This document shows positions 49,213-60,400 of a DNA stretch of 64,000 nt, one piece after another. The stretch spans positions 192,001-256,000 of the forward strand of contig JBCBUK010000003.1 in the NCBI GenBank assembly GCA_039818205.1, written 5' to 3'. Below the pieces are notes generated by a model. That model was not told where the DNA came from. It worked only from the letters and a program-made list of their open reading frames with translations, and did not search any database. Position 1 is the stretch's first letter. Each line of letters starts with the position of its first letter. Source of the stretch: Verrucomicrobiota bacterium. GTDB lineage: Bacteria > Verrucomicrobiota > Verrucomicrobiia > Opitutales > Cerasicoccaceae. The position numbers and the translations under genes are program-made.

Positions 49213-50112
49213 ATGATCGCACGAATAATACAAATACCAGCTATTTATCTTAGCGCCGGATCACGGGGTGTGTTGCTGATGCTCATCTCCGTGGCCCTCT
49301 TTTCCGCGAATTGCCTGATTGTAAAATACCTTGGGGAGCGCGGGGATGTCTCATTTTGGGCGGTCAATTTCTACCGCGGTCTCGCGGGGACGGCATTGGC
49401 GGTGTTTTTTGCGGGTGCCAACGCCCGGCAGATTTCCCGCGTATTCACCCGGCCAATGCTAATTTTTCGCGGAATCTTGGGTGGTGTGGCATTGGCCATG
49501 TTCTATGTCACGGTTTTCAACATGGACCTGGGGACCGCGAGCGTCATCAACCTAACTTACGTCTTGTGGGGATCTTTATTCGCCGCGTTCCTACTGAAAG
49601 AGCGTTTGGGCCCGGTGCAGATGCTAGGGCTCGCCATCGCCTTCGCTGGCATTCCAATGTTGTGCGGATTCTCGATCGAGGGGGTCGGTATTTATCACCT
49701 GATTGCATTGGGCGGTGCCATAGGTGCGGGAATTATTGTGGTAATGATCCGTTTTTTGACGCGAACGGAGAGCACCACCACGATCTATGCTGCTCAGGCG
49801 ATTTATGGCATGTTGGTGGCGATTCCATTCATCACTTTTGTCGATCTGGTTCCCGGTTGGATGCCGCTCGCTTTAATGCTGTTTGCGGGTTGTTTGGTTG
49901 CTGGCGGGCAAATGGTCATGACCATGTCGTATCAAACCTTGCCGGTTGCGCAGGGGGCATCAATCCAGCTCCTGTTGCCGGTGCTCAATACCTTGGGGGC
50001 GGTGGCGTTTTTTGCGGAGGCCTACACGCTGGTACAGATTGCCGGTGGTAGCTTAATCTTGCTCGGTAGCGCCGCCGTGATTCGAGCGAAGGCCAAACCG
50101 AAGTCGGCCTAG
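49213..50112 (+). CDS. DMT/EamA family transporter
   Basis: About 10 hydrophobic helices in two repeats, FYRG, FLLKERL, FFAE. Confidence 0.9.
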   Translation: MIARIIQIPAIYLSAGSRGVLLMLISVALFSANCLIVKYLGERGDVSFWAVNFYRGLAGTALAVFFAGANARQISRVFTRPMLIFRGILGGVALAMFYVTVFNMDLGTASVINLTYVLWGSLFAAFLLKERLGPVQMLGLAIAFAGIPMLCGFSIEGVGIYHLIALGGAIGAGIIVVMIRFLTRTESTTTIYAAQAIYGMLVAIPFITFVDLVPGWMPLALMLFAGCLVAGGQMVMTMSYQTLPVAQGASIQLLLPVLNTLGAVAFFAEAYTLVQIAGGSLILLGSAAVIRAKAKPKSA

Positions 50113-50169
50113 TTGCATCTATAATCCTTGCCGCCTTCGGGCGTACGCGCATAGAGAAGGGCATAATTC

Positions 50170-51273
50170 ATGAAATCCGATCCATCTATTGAAGCCCTCG
50201 CTTTGCCGCATGTCGCCGCCATGCGTGGCTATGTGCCTGGCATGCAGCCCACGGAACCAGGCTGGGTGAAATTGAATACGAACGAGAATCCGTTTCCGCC
50301 GTCTCCGTTGGTCATTCGCGCAATTGAGCGGGAATTGGTCGATGAGGCGCGCGGATTGCGTCTTTACCCAAATCCAACGAGTGCGCCGCTGCGTAAGGCG
50401 ATTGCCGAGCATCATGTGCTGGAGGAAAGTCAGGTTCTGGTGGGCAATGGTTGTGATGACGTGCTTAACCTTCTGATCCGCGTGTTTAGCTCGGCGGACA
50501 AGGCGACTGGGATGGCGGTTCCAAGTTATTCATTGTACACCACGCTTCGGAGTATTCAGGGCGCTCCGTTGACCGAGGTCTCGTTCGACTCGTCGATGGA
50601 GCTACCGATTGACGCGATTGCCAATTGTGGGGCCAATATTTTCTTCCTGACATCGCCCAATGCTCCAACTGGGATTCATTTTCCACCGGAGCAGGTCGTC
50701 GAGTTGATGGAAAAGTTCCCGGGTATCCTGGTGGTCGACGAGACCTATGCGCCCTTTGCCGCGACGGATTGCGTCAGCCTGCTTGATGAGTATCCACGGT
50801 TGGTGATCGTGCGGAGTTTTTCCAAAGCCTATTCTCTGGCCGGGATGCGCGTCGGTTACGCCTTGGGAAATCCGATGACAATCGACCTGCTCGACCGCGT
50901 GCGCGATAGCTACAATCTCGACCGCTTGGCTCAAGCTGCTGGATTGGCCGCGCTTAAGGATCAAGCCTATCACCAGGAGGTGATCACGAAATGCAACCAG
51001 CAGCGTAAGCTCGCGGAAGCAGACTACACCCGTAGGGGTTGGTTCTACTACAAGAGCGAGGCAAACTTCCATTTTGTCGAACCTGTCAATGGGGCCGGTG
51101 AAAAAGGCAAGCTGGTTGCGCAGGACCTATTTCAATACCTGACCGATAATCAAATCCTTGTCCGGGCGTTCCCGAACCACGCCTTGACTCAATCATACCT
51201 TCGCATCAGCGTGGGCAGCGCTGAGGAGATGAAACGACTCGGCGAAATCTTAGACCAATGGCAGAAGAAGTAA
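50170..51273 (+). CDS. hisC: Histidinol-phosphate aminotransferase
   Basis: [41 protein letters not shown]. Confidence 0.95.
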   Translation: MKSDPSIEALALPHVAAMRGYVPGMQPTEPGWVKLNTNENPFPPSPLVIRAIERELVDEARGLRLYPNPTSAPLRKAIAEHHVLEESQVLVGNGCDDVLNLLIRVFSSADKATGMAVPSYSLYTTLRSIQGAPLTEVSFDSSMELPIDAIANCGANIFFLTSPNAPTGIHFPPEQVVELMEKFPGILVVDETYAPFAATDCVSLLDEYPRLVIVRSFSKAYSLAGMRVGYALGNPMTIDLLDRVRDSYNLDRLAQAAGLAALKDQAYHQEVITKCNQQRKLAEADYTRRGWFYYKSEANFHFVEPVNGAGEKGKLVAQDLFQYLTDNQILVRAFPNHALTQSYLRISVGSAEEMKRLGEILDQWQKK

Positions 51274-51875
51274 GCAACGAAACGCTGCAGCGTACCGCAG
51301 AGATCTCTCGCGATACCAAAGAAACGCAGATCACTCTATCCATCAACTTAGATGGAACGGGTGAGTCGTCGATCGATACCGGGATCCCGTTTTTCGATCA
51401 CATGCTGGACCTCTTTGCCCGGCACGGTTTGTTTGATCTTACCGTCAAGGCGACCGGCGATATCGAAGTGGATTATCACCACACGGTCGAGGACGTGGGC
51501 ATCGTGCTCGGTGAGGCCATTAAGCAGGCTGTTGGCGATAAGCGCGGCATGAAGCGCTATGGCTTTTTCATCCTTCCGATGGATGAGTGCCTTTCGCAGG
51601 TGGTCGTCGATTTGAGCAACCGGCAAATTTTCATTTATAAGGTTGAGACCTCCAATGTGATGATACGCGATTTTAACATCGCGCTCGTGAAGGAGTTCTT
51701 CCAGGCGTTCACCAACGCGGTTGGCGCCAACTTGCACATGAAACTCGAGTATGGCGAAGAGCCTCACCACATTTCGGAGTCGCTCTTTAAGTGCTTTGCC
51801 CGCGCCATGGATATGGCGACCCAGCTCGATCCCCGGCTTGGCGATCGTCTTCCCAGTACGAAAGAAGCGCTATGA
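51258..51875 (+). CDS. hisB: Imidazoleglycerol-phosphate dehydratase
   Basis: [45 protein letters not shown]. Confidence 0.96.
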   Translation: MAEEVSNETLQRTAEISRDTKETQITLSINLDGTGESSIDTGIPFFDHMLDLFARHGLFDLTVKATGDIEVDYHHTVEDVGIVLGEAIKQAVGDKRGMKRYGFFILPMDECLSQVVVDLSNRQIFIYKVETSNVMIRDFNIALVKEFFQAFTNAVGANLHMKLEYGEEPHHISESLFKCFARAMDMATQLDPRLGDRLPSTKEAL

Positions 51876-52522
51876 GCGAAGTCGATTTTTCGCCCAAGCT
51901 AGCCATCATCGACCCGGGGATGGGCAATTTGCGCAGCGTTTGCCGCGCTTGGGAACACGTGGGGGCTGACGTCTATTTGGCGAGCGATCCTTCCGAAGTC
52001 GGCACGCCTGATGCGCTGATTTTTCCCGGACAGGGGGGCATGCCACACTGCATGGAAGCACTCCGCAAAACGGGCTTTGATGCAACTATTAGTGAATGGA
52101 TTAATGCCGATAAGCCCTACTTCGGTATCTGTTTGGGCATGCAAGCGCTCTTCGAATATTCGGAGGAAGGCGACTGCGAAGCGCTTGGAATTTTTCCTGG
52201 AAAGGTGACAAAATTCCAGCTCGATTCGGATTACAAAATTCCGCATATGGGCTGGAACGCGGTTAAATTCAGGGATTTCGGCGATCGTTCCGCCAAGGGA
52301 ATCGATTCGGGTGATCAGTTTTATTTCGTCCACAGCTATTTCGTATCCCCGGATGATTCCGAACTGATTTGGGGAGAAACCGATTATGGGCACGGCTTTA
52401 CGAGTGCTGTCCGGCGCGGAAATTGTTTTGCGACGCAGTTTCACCCGGAAAAAAGCCAAGCCAAAGGCTTGCAAATATATCGCAACTTCGTGCTATCTTT
52501 GGGTCCTATTCAGGAAAGCTAA
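51872..52522 (+). CDS. hisH: Imidazole glycerol phosphate synthase glutaminase subunit
   Basis: [42 protein letters not shown] overlap with hisB. Confidence 0.96.
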   Translation: MSEVDFSPKLAIIDPGMGNLRSVCRAWEHVGADVYLASDPSEVGTPDALIFPGQGGMPHCMEALRKTGFDATISEWINADKPYFGICLGMQALFEYSEEGDCEALGIFPGKVTKFQLDSDYKIPHMGWNAVKFRDFGDRSAKGIDSGDQFYFVHSYFVSPDDSELIWGETDYGHGFTSAVRRGNCFATQFHPEKSQAKGLQIYRNFVLSLGPIQES

Positions 52523-52530
52523 TTACGATT

Positions 52531-53817
52531 ATGGAAGACACTGCTACCATCCGCATCGGTACCGAAAATTATACGTTCCCCATCATTACCGGGACGGAAG
52601 GCGAACGCGCCGTTGATACCCGCAAGCTGAGAGCACTCAGCGGTTGTATCACGTACGACGAGGGCTACGGAAACACTGGTTCGTGTGAGAGTAAGATTAC
52701 TTTCATCGACGGAGAAAAAGGTATCCTGCGTTATCGGGGCATCCCGATCGAGGAGGTCGCCGAAAATTCTAACTTTGTCGAGTCGGCCTACCTGACCATC
52801 TACGGCGAACTGCCGAACAAGGATGAGCTGCGCGAATATTCCCGCCGCATTTTGCGCGGAGCCCCCATTCACGAGGGTATGAAGAACATGTTCGCGGGCT
52901 TTCCCACGAACGCGCACCCGATGGTAATCCTGTCAGCCCTGCTGAATAGCCTTGGCTGTTATTATCCGGATCTCGCAACCAATGACCGCGCCAAGGATCT
53001 TGAACATTTCGACGATGCCGCTGCGACGCTGATCTCTAAGGTTCGCACGGTTGCGGCGATGGGCTACCGGATGAAGCAGGGACTGCCATTTATCTATCCC
53101 AAGCCAGGCTTGGGTTACTGTGCGAACTTCCTGCACATGATGTTCTCTGAGCCATATAGCGATTACGTGCTCCATGACGATGTCGTAAACGCTCTCGATT
53201 TGATTCTTCTTCTGCACGCGGACCACGAGCAAAATTGCTCGACCTCCACGGTTCGCATGGTGGCTTCGGGCGGAGCAAATCTGTTTGCGTCGGTTTCGGC
53301 CGGAGTCTGTGCGCTCTGGGGGCCACTCCATGGCGGTGCGAACATGGCGGTCGTCAAAATGCTGCAAGATATTCACGCTGCAGGTGACGACGGCACAAAG
53401 TTCATCGAGCAAGCGAAGAATGGTGAGACCCGTCTGATGGGTTTTGGCCACCGCGTTTATAAGAATTACGACCCCCGTGCGAAGATCTTGGGCAAGGCCG
53501 CGGAGAAGGTGCTCAACGCGATGAACATCAATGATCCGCTTCTAGACATCGCTCGCCGCTTGGAGCAGAAGGCCTTGGAAGACTCCTATTTTGTCGATCG
53601 CAAGCTCTACCCAAATGTCGACTTCTACAGTGGAATTATTTTGCAAGCGATTGGTTTGCCGCTCGATATGTTCACGGTGATTTTTGCAATCGGCCGGATG
53701 CCCGGTTGGATTGCGAACTGGAAAGAGCTGGCGGAGAGCGGCGCGCGTATTCACCGCCCGCGTCAGATCTACCAAGGTGCCAATGAGCGGCCTTACGTGA
53801 AGATGGAGGATCGCTAG
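52531..53817 (+). CDS. gltA: Citrate synthase
   Basis: [62 protein letters not shown] 52531. Confidence 0.97.
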   Translation: MEDTATIRIGTENYTFPIITGTEGERAVDTRKLRALSGCITYDEGYGNTGSCESKITFIDGEKGILRYRGIPIEEVAENSNFVESAYLTIYGELPNKDELREYSRRILRGAPIHEGMKNMFAGFPTNAHPMVILSALLNSLGCYYPDLATNDRAKDLEHFDDAAATLISKVRTVAAMGYRMKQGLPFIYPKPGLGYCANFLHMMFSEPYSDYVLHDDVVNALDLILLLHADHEQNCSTSTVRMVASGGANLFASVSAGVCALWGPLHGGANMAVVKMLQDIHAAGDDGTKFIEQAKNGETRLMGFGHRVYKNYDPRAKILGKAAEKVLNAMNINDPLLDIARRLEQKALEDSYFVDRKLYPNVDFYSGIILQAIGLPLDMFTVIFAIGRMPGWIANWKELAESGARIHRPRQIYQGANERPYVKMEDR

Positions 53818-53857
53818 GAGCTCTGGTCTTCGGAGCCCGATCCCGGACATGTTTCGC

Positions 53858-53886
53858 CAGGCAGCAAGTTGTTGCCTGTTTTTTTT
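53858..53886 (+). terminator. Intrinsic terminator of the hisCBH-gltA unit
   Basis: CAGGCAGCA-AGT-TGTTGCCTG followed by T8. Confidence 0.85.
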
Positions 53887-54005
53887 GTGGGATATTTTCC
53901 AACGAAACAGAAGTGAATTAGCGTTTGTGGCATCCTGAGTGTCTCGACCCCGCTGCAGCAAATTAGCTTGAACAATGATTTCTTCGTCCCCAGTGAATCC
54001 TGACA

Positions 54006-55634
54006 GTGATTCTTGATGACATAGCAGGGCGAACCTTGGCCGGTCTGGGATTTTATTTCCTGGGCGTTGGCGGTATTCGGGCGAGCCTGCAGCAGATTCC
54101 AGGCATGCGGTTTCGCGAGCAGATCGGGCGGGCGACCGCAAATCCGGTATTGTCTGCGATTGTGGGTTTTCTCCTTGGGGCGATTACTCAGACTTCGCTT
54201 GGAGTGGCAGTCATTCTAGCCGGATTAATTTCTCGTGGGATGGTGGCGGTGCGCCAGGCTTTACCCCTGATTGCTTGGTCGAATTTAGGCCTGGTCACTC
54301 TCGTTTTTCTAAACTTCCTGGAGGTGCACGTCTTCGCCATGTTTCTGGTTGGGATCTGTGGAATCTGTATCAATTTTCGCCTCGGTGGTCGGTTTCAGGG
54401 GCTTTTTCCGCCGCTTTATTCGTTGGGGTTGATTCTCGTCGGTTTGTGGATGTTGAAAGTCGCACTGACGCAGTTGGCCAATCACGATGGCTTCGACGAC
54501 ATAATTGTAAATCTACCAGCACCAAACCTCTTGGCATTCGCTTTCGGGGCATTGCTGCGGATTCCTGTACAGTCAAGCTCTGCCGTTGCGGTTATTGGAG
54601 TCATCCTGAATCAGGCTGGAATTTTTACCGAGCAACAGGCGCTCATGGTTTTCTACGGGACGGCAGTCGGAACAGCTGGAGCGGCCTATTTTCTGACGTC
54701 TCACTTCAAGGGAATGATGCGCCAGGTGACGCTGTTTGAGGCGGCGATCAACTTCATCGCAGGCGTCATCCTTATTGGTCTCTTCTATTTGGAGAAGGTG
54801 GCTGGATTCGCGTTCTACCATCAGAATCTTCATGCTATCGCCACGGATACGGCAGGATTCCTGGCATACGCATTTCTTGCTCAACAGGTCCTGGTTGTGA
54901 TCGTGGCCTACATTTTCCTCAAGCCGATCATTCGCTTTCTTAGTTCGACGGTGCCGACAACGGTGGAGGAAGATCTATCTCATCCGAGGTTTATTCATGA
55001 CCAAGCGGTTTATGATATCGAAACCGGTTTGACCCTGGCTCGACAGGAAATTCGAGGAGTCGTAGAACGCATGCCGAACTATCTTTCAGGTATCCGCGAC
55101 GAGGGTCGGGAGGTGCCCACAAAATCTTTGGCGATATGGCATCAGTCTTCGCAGGTAGTTATAAAGGAGATTGAGGCGTTTCTCGGTGCACTATCGAACA
55201 AGCGCGTGAAGTCGCGCGATGCCTCGGTGCGTTTGTTGCGCACACAGCAGCAGCTTGATCATCTCGATACTGTCGAGACTGCGCTGGAGCGATTTGTTCG
55301 TTCCCAGGAGGGGCTGCGCCAATTGCCGCAGTTTACGGCACTCTCGCATAATTTGACCGAGTCGCTGGACGCGATTCTCATTTCTGTGATTGAAGCGTCG
55401 GCCCAAGATCCTGATGATCTAAAACTGATCATTGGTATTACTGCGAAACCCGGCGAGCGTGCGGATCTCCTGCGCCAGCGATTCTTGAACGATGATGGGA
55501 ATTTGGATCACGAGCAGCGTGCGCTTGCAATCAACGCTATTACCCGACACGAGCGCGTTATTTGGTCGATCCATGAATGGGCGCAGTCCTTGCTCGACCA
55601 GATGCCCGCCAAGCCTTTAAACAACAAATCATGA
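54006..55634 (+). CDS. Na+/Pi-cotransporter family membrane protein (paralogue of 3299-4906)
   Basis: QTSLG / QSSSA repeats, WSNLG / GTAVGT, helical C-terminus; GTG start. Confidence 0.8.
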   Translation: MILDDIAGRTLAGLGFYFLGVGGIRASLQQIPGMRFREQIGRATANPVLSAIVGFLLGAITQTSLGVAVILAGLISRGMVAVRQALPLIAWSNLGLVTLVFLNFLEVHVFAMFLVGICGICINFRLGGRFQGLFPPLYSLGLILVGLWMLKVALTQLANHDGFDDIIVNLPAPNLLAFAFGALLRIPVQSSSAVAVIGVILNQAGIFTEQQALMVFYGTAVGTAGAAYFLTSHFKGMMRQVTLFEAAINFIAGVILIGLFYLEKVAGFAFYHQNLHAIATDTAGFLAYAFLAQQVLVVIVAYIFLKPIIRFLSSTVPTTVEEDLSHPRFIHDQAVYDIETGLTLARQEIRGVVERMPNYLSGIRDEGREVPTKSLAIWHQSSQVVIKEIEAFLGALSNKRVKSRDASVRLLRTQQQLDHLDTVETALERFVRSQEGLRQLPQFTALSHNLTESLDAILISVIEASAQDPDDLKLIIGITAKPGERADLLRQRFLNDDGNLDHEQRALAINAITRHERVIWSIHEWAQSLLDQMPAKPLNNKS

Positions 55635-56299
55635 CCACAGAAACACCAACCTCAGTATTACGAAAACTGTTCTCCGGCAATGCGTCCTTTGTCGCAAATC
55701 AGGAGCCACAGCAGTTTGAGGCGTTCCAACACGAGCAGCATCCGTCCGTTACACTGTTGACCTGCTGTGATTCGCGCTTGCAGACCAATGTATTTAACGA
55801 GGATCCAACGGATTCAATGTTTGTCATTCGCAATATCGGCAATCAGCTGACCGTGAATTGTGGATCGATTGACTATGGCATCCGTCACCTGCAAACGCCG
55901 GTTTTTCTGATTTTGGGCCATACGCGCTGTGGCGCAGTTAAGGCGGCAATGGGTGATTATCGCAATGAGCCGCTGCATATTGTCGAGGAGCTCAATGGTC
56001 TGCATTTGCCCCTGCAGGGCTGTTCGCATGAAGGTGACGAGGAAGCGCAATGGCTAGAAGCGGTTGAGCGTAACGTCCACTACCAGGTCGAGCTTGGCCT
56101 GCGGCGTTTTCGTAGCCGGGTCGATGAGGGGAAGCTCGTTGTTATCGGTGCGGTTTATGATTTTGCGAACCTCTATGAGAGCGGATGCGGTCGAATTCAC
56201 CTGATTAATATCAATGGGACCAGCGAGAGAGAAGTGATTCAAGGGTCGCCGATTTTGTCTGGGCTAGACCCGGCAATTATTGCGGATATCCTCTCGTAG
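55631..56299 (+). CDS. Beta-class carbonic anhydrase
   Basis: GNASF, TCCDSR, FVIRNIGN, ILGHTRCGAV; ATGA overlap with the upstream transporter. Confidence 0.93.
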   Translation: MTTETPTSVLRKLFSGNASFVANQEPQQFEAFQHEQHPSVTLLTCCDSRLQTNVFNEDPTDSMFVIRNIGNQLTVNCGSIDYGIRHLQTPVFLILGHTRCGAVKAAMGDYRNEPLHIVEELNGLHLPLQGCSHEGDEEAQWLEAVERNVHYQVELGLRRFRSRVDEGKLVVIGAVYDFANLYESGCGRIHLININGTSEREVIQGSPILSGLDPAIIADILS

Positions 56300-56325
56300 G
56301 GAGCGGGCTGCCTAGTGGGCATTGG

Positions 56326-56370
56326 ACAAAGGTGTCCGCTGGCTTGGTTTTGGCCGGGCCACCTTTTGTT
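56326..56370. terminator. Probable terminator hairpin after the carbonic anhydrase gene
   Basis: ACAAAGGTGTCCG ... CGGGCACCTTTTGT inverted repeat; coordinates approximate. Confidence 0.6.
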
Positions 56371-56600
56371 AGTGGTTCGTGCTCGTACACAGTAGAACTA
56401 TCGGATCACCCGACCGTATCCGATTTCTCGTTCTCCTGTACCTTTTTATTGCCGGATTGGTGACCGCTGAACTTTGAGGACTTCCTCCTGGTCGCGGTAG
56501 GCAACTTTGAAACTCGCCCGTGTTGGCGGGAGCTTATTGGGGGATTAACGTGCCGGCACCGCGGGAAATGCTTGTTCCCACGCGGCTTCGAAGCTTGGTC

Positions 56601-56771
56601 TTATTTCGAGTTGTCTGCGAGAACGGTCGCAATGTAGTTAGAGCGATTGCGATTCTCTTTCGCGGCCAATTCGTCAATCCGATTTACTAGCTCTTGTGGT
56701 AAGCTGATCGAAATCTGGGTCTTACCATTTTTTTTACTAGTTTTAGCTACTTTTTTTGTACGTCTTGCCAT
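56601..56771 (-). CDS. Ribbon-helix-helix (CopG/Arc/MetJ-like) DNA-binding protein, 56 aa (not in ORF track)
   Basis: Hand translation: MARRTKKVAKTSKKNGKTQISISLPQELVNRIDELAAKENRNRSNYIATVLADNSK; strand QISISL, helix, xxRS helix. Confidence 0.82.
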   Translation of the reverse strand: MARRTKKVAKTSKKNGKTQISISLPQELVNRIDELAAKENRNRSNYIATVLADNSK

Positions 56772-56954
56772 TGCTTACTGATTGGTTTATTTTATTTAAC
56801 GAAGTTTAGAAATATTAAGAATGGTTTATAATGGTTCTGGATTTTTGATAAATGTCAATCAAAAACGTTAATTTTATCCCATTACATTTGATTGTTTAGA
56901 ATGTTTGTTAAATGGAGTGTATTGGTGGGTTAATAGTGGGAAGCATTCATTGAA

Positions 56955-57359
56955 ATGATCCAAAATTACCGAAGTAGACATTCTCTTCCTGTTGGTATTC
57001 GTGAGGCCGTTAATTACCGCTTATATCCTGTATTTAACAACGGTTCGACCGAGCTCGATTTCGAGTTTGATCACGGATTACTTCTAGGGAGAATACACTG
57101 GATTCAGTCACTATCTGATTGGTTCCATTTAATTGATGAAGATGATCGAGAACACTATTTGCTTAATCTAGAACAAGCGTATGAGGCAGATTACTTAATT
57201 TCAGCATATAGGGTTCATATTAATAAAAATTCAGAGTATTGGATAATTGATTATGCCGAATGCGGCATGGGCGATTCAGATTACATACAGGGAACCATTC
57301 TTTTGGCCGAAAGCATCGACGATGTGGCCAGGGTTATGAAGAAGTTCGTTGGTAAGTAG
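56955..57359 (+). CDS. Hypothetical protein, PAS-like fold
   Basis: WFHLIDEDDREHY...YRVHINKNSEYWIID...IQGT resembles PAS_3/PAC; AT-rich ORF. Confidence 0.55.
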   Translation: MIQNYRSRHSLPVGIREAVNYRLYPVFNNGSTELDFEFDHGLLLGRIHWIQSLSDWFHLIDEDDREHYLLNLEQAYEADYLISAYRVHINKNSEYWIIDYAECGMGDSDYIQGTILLAESIDDVARVMKKFVGK

Positions 57360-57452
57360 TTTCTGTATAGGGTTTTAAAGACTTCTTAGGGTCTTGTCCT
57401 ATAATTGAATCTACCTTTCTTATCGGTTCTAAACCGTACGACCTAAGTCCAA

Positions 57453-60400
57453 TTATTGAAAATCTGCAGTGGATAACTGGAGTGCTTGATTGGTCATTTT
57501 TGCCAAGTCACGGTGTAAACTATCCCAGTCACTGTTGATATTCGATTCTCGAATGGATTCGATCAGTGACACGATTGAATCGTTTGGAAACATGCGAGCC
57601 GCTGGTGTCATGTCGTGGAGAATGTCGCGGATTTGATCCTGATCCTGTGTTTTTGACGCTGCTTCAATTCGATCGCAGAATTCGACTAGTGTGGCGCGCA
57701 GTTCGTCCATCAACTCACGGAGCTTATCCGGGTCTCCTTCGGCCAGGTAGGCGAGTGCGTTCCAAGCGTCATTTTTAGGTGCCGAAGGCTTAGGTGGTTT
57801 AGTGGATTGTTTGCGTCCGGTTTCGACCGCGGTCAGAAGCTCGGTGGGCGAGAACGGTTTGGGGACAAAACCGGTGACGCCGGCTTGGACGATGCGGGGG
57901 CGGTCGTTGTCGGCGACATAGGCGCTCATTGCGATAATTGGGCGGGCTTTGTGGGCCTCGATGGCTCGAATGTCGCGGGCGAGCTCGACTCCGTTTTTGT
58001 CCGGGAGGTTGACATCGACAAGAATGAAGTCCCACTCGCGATCGTTGAGACGTTCCATCGTTTCCTGGGCGGTGCCCGTCATGGTCACCGACGCACCGAC
58101 GTTTTCAAGAATACCTCGGACGACCATTTGATTGTAGGGCTCGTCCTCAACGACCAGGACAATTGAACCGCGCAGGGCTTCTCCATTGGGATTCTCCTGA
58201 TGGGGCTGACTCTCGCTGAGTGGCGCCAAGGTTTGCATGGGGACCTGGACGCGAAACTGAGTTCCGCTTGAATCGGTTTTCTCGAGACTCAACTTGCCAC
58301 CCAGGAGCTTGCTCAGGCGATCTGCGATGCTTAGTCCGAGGCCAATGCCCTTGGTCATCGAGGTGACATTGGAGCCCTGCTGAAACTGCTCAAATATCTT
58401 ATCCTGAGCCTCGGGTGGGATGCCTTTGCCGGTATCCTCGACGAGAAAATCCAACCGAATGCGGTCGTTGCGGTCAGTGGCTTCCCAAAATGCATGGACA
58501 CTTACGGATCCGTCATCGGTAAACTTGATCGCATTGGAGGTCAGGTTGAAGAGAATCTGTTTGAGTTTACCGGAGTCGCCATGGAGCGGCGGGCAAGAGT
58601 CGAAGTGGCGAATCACTTCCAATCTCAGGCCTTTGTCGGTCGCCAATCGACTATGGAGTGAGTTCAACTCGCCGAGGACATTCTCCAGCTCAAATGATCC
58701 TTCGATAATTTTGACCTGTCCATTCTCGATCGCCGCGAAGTCGAGCATGCCGTCCAGTAGGATCTTCAACTGCTCGGCGGTCGAAAGCAGGTGGTTCATC
58801 CGATTGTCCGGCTTCTTCTTACGCTCATCAATCATCAGGTGAGCCAGCCCAACGATTCCGTTCATCGGATTGCGGATCTCGTGGCTTACGTGCGCGAGGA
58901 AGCGATTCTTTGATGTGTTGGCCTGCGCAAGGCGGATGTTCATACGTTCGAGTTCAATGGTGCGACTGCGAACGGCATCTTCCAATGCGACGTTGGCGGT
59001 GCGCAGGCGTCGGGTGCGCCACTGGACAAAGGTAAATACGAGGGCGATGCCGATAGCCGTGAAGACCGCGTAGGCGAGGGCAGTCCGATACCATGGTGGT
59101 AAGACGGTGAACGGTATCGCCGCCACAAGCTTGGTCGGTTGGCCATCGATAATGCCGCGCACCTCAAACTGATAATCGCCTTCCCGAATGTTGGTGTATT
59201 CCTTGAACGGGTTTGAGTTCGGCTTACTCCAATTGCTTTCAAAGCCCACTAGGCGAGTCTGGTACTCCATGGATTTCGTGCCGTAATAGGGTAACGAAAA
59301 TTCAAAGGCGGCTTGCTGCAATGGATAGCTTATTTTTTCCATGGACTCGGCTCGTTGCTCCTGCGTTTGTCCTTCGTCATCAACGAAAATCTCGTTGAAG
59401 AATTTTGCTTCCGAAATGATCGGTCGCCGGTTGAGGTCGTTCGGTACCTTGCTAAGATCTTCCCGAATGATTCCACCGCTGCCACCAAACCACGCCGTGT
59501 TATTATCTTGCTCGACAAAGATACAGTGTAGCGGTGATAGGACATTTACGCCGTCGGAAGCGACTTCGGTGTAGGTCGGCGCTCCATTCTCGGCCGACCT
59601 ATCGATCTTCGCCAATTGGTTTTTCTCTAAGTCCGCGTCCGGGTAAGCAATCCAAACAGCTCGGTCATTGTTAAAGAAATTGGTCGAGTAAGGGTCTTTG
59701 CCGAGATCGCTTGGCGAGTCGGGGACTTGTCTCCATTCGAGGTCAGAATGACTTTGATAGAATACGCCAGCATTGGTTATCGCCAGTAGTACCCCGTCGA
59801 GGTTGGTGGTATATGCCCAGATGAATGCTTCCCCGTTCTCGGGGTTGTTGACGGGCTCGTAAGTTGGGGTGAGCTCAAGGTCCTCAATGTCGCGTGCCAT
59901 GGCACGCTGTAAGCCTGCATCAACCGACCCAAAGTAATAGTAGCTGTCATAGCCATAATCAATGGTCCACATGTTTCCGGGAAATGGCTTCTCGGCAATG
60001 ATCTCAATGGTGTCATCCACCCACTGGCCGATCATAAAGTTTTTGTAGGAGGTGATGTAGAGCAGGTCTGCTGTCTCAGAAAAGCTAACGGTGCTGATGT
60101 CTTGGTTGTACTCGAAGAGCTTTACCAATCCATCTCCCGATGTTAGATCGATTCCGTCTGCTCGGCAGAATAGGACACCTTTGTCGGTTCGCTCCATCGT
60201 CCATCCAGGAGAGCGGTTTTCTCCCAAACGATCCCATGAATGCGGAAGTAACTGTTCTTCTCGTGGGCGCAGCTCATAAATTCCAGTGAACCCACCAGCA
60301 TACTTGCGCCCTTCAAACTCATTGATGTCTAAGATGTATCCCGAATCGAGACCTTGATCATTGTTGAACTTAGTCCACGACTTCGGGTTTGTTATGCAGC

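Noticed and set aside
56400..56600. Possible RNase P RNA (GAGGAAGTCC on the minus strand near 56478-56488)
   Set aside because: The motif lacks one A of GAGGAAAGTCC, no 3' ACAGAA..CGGC element was found and the region is too short
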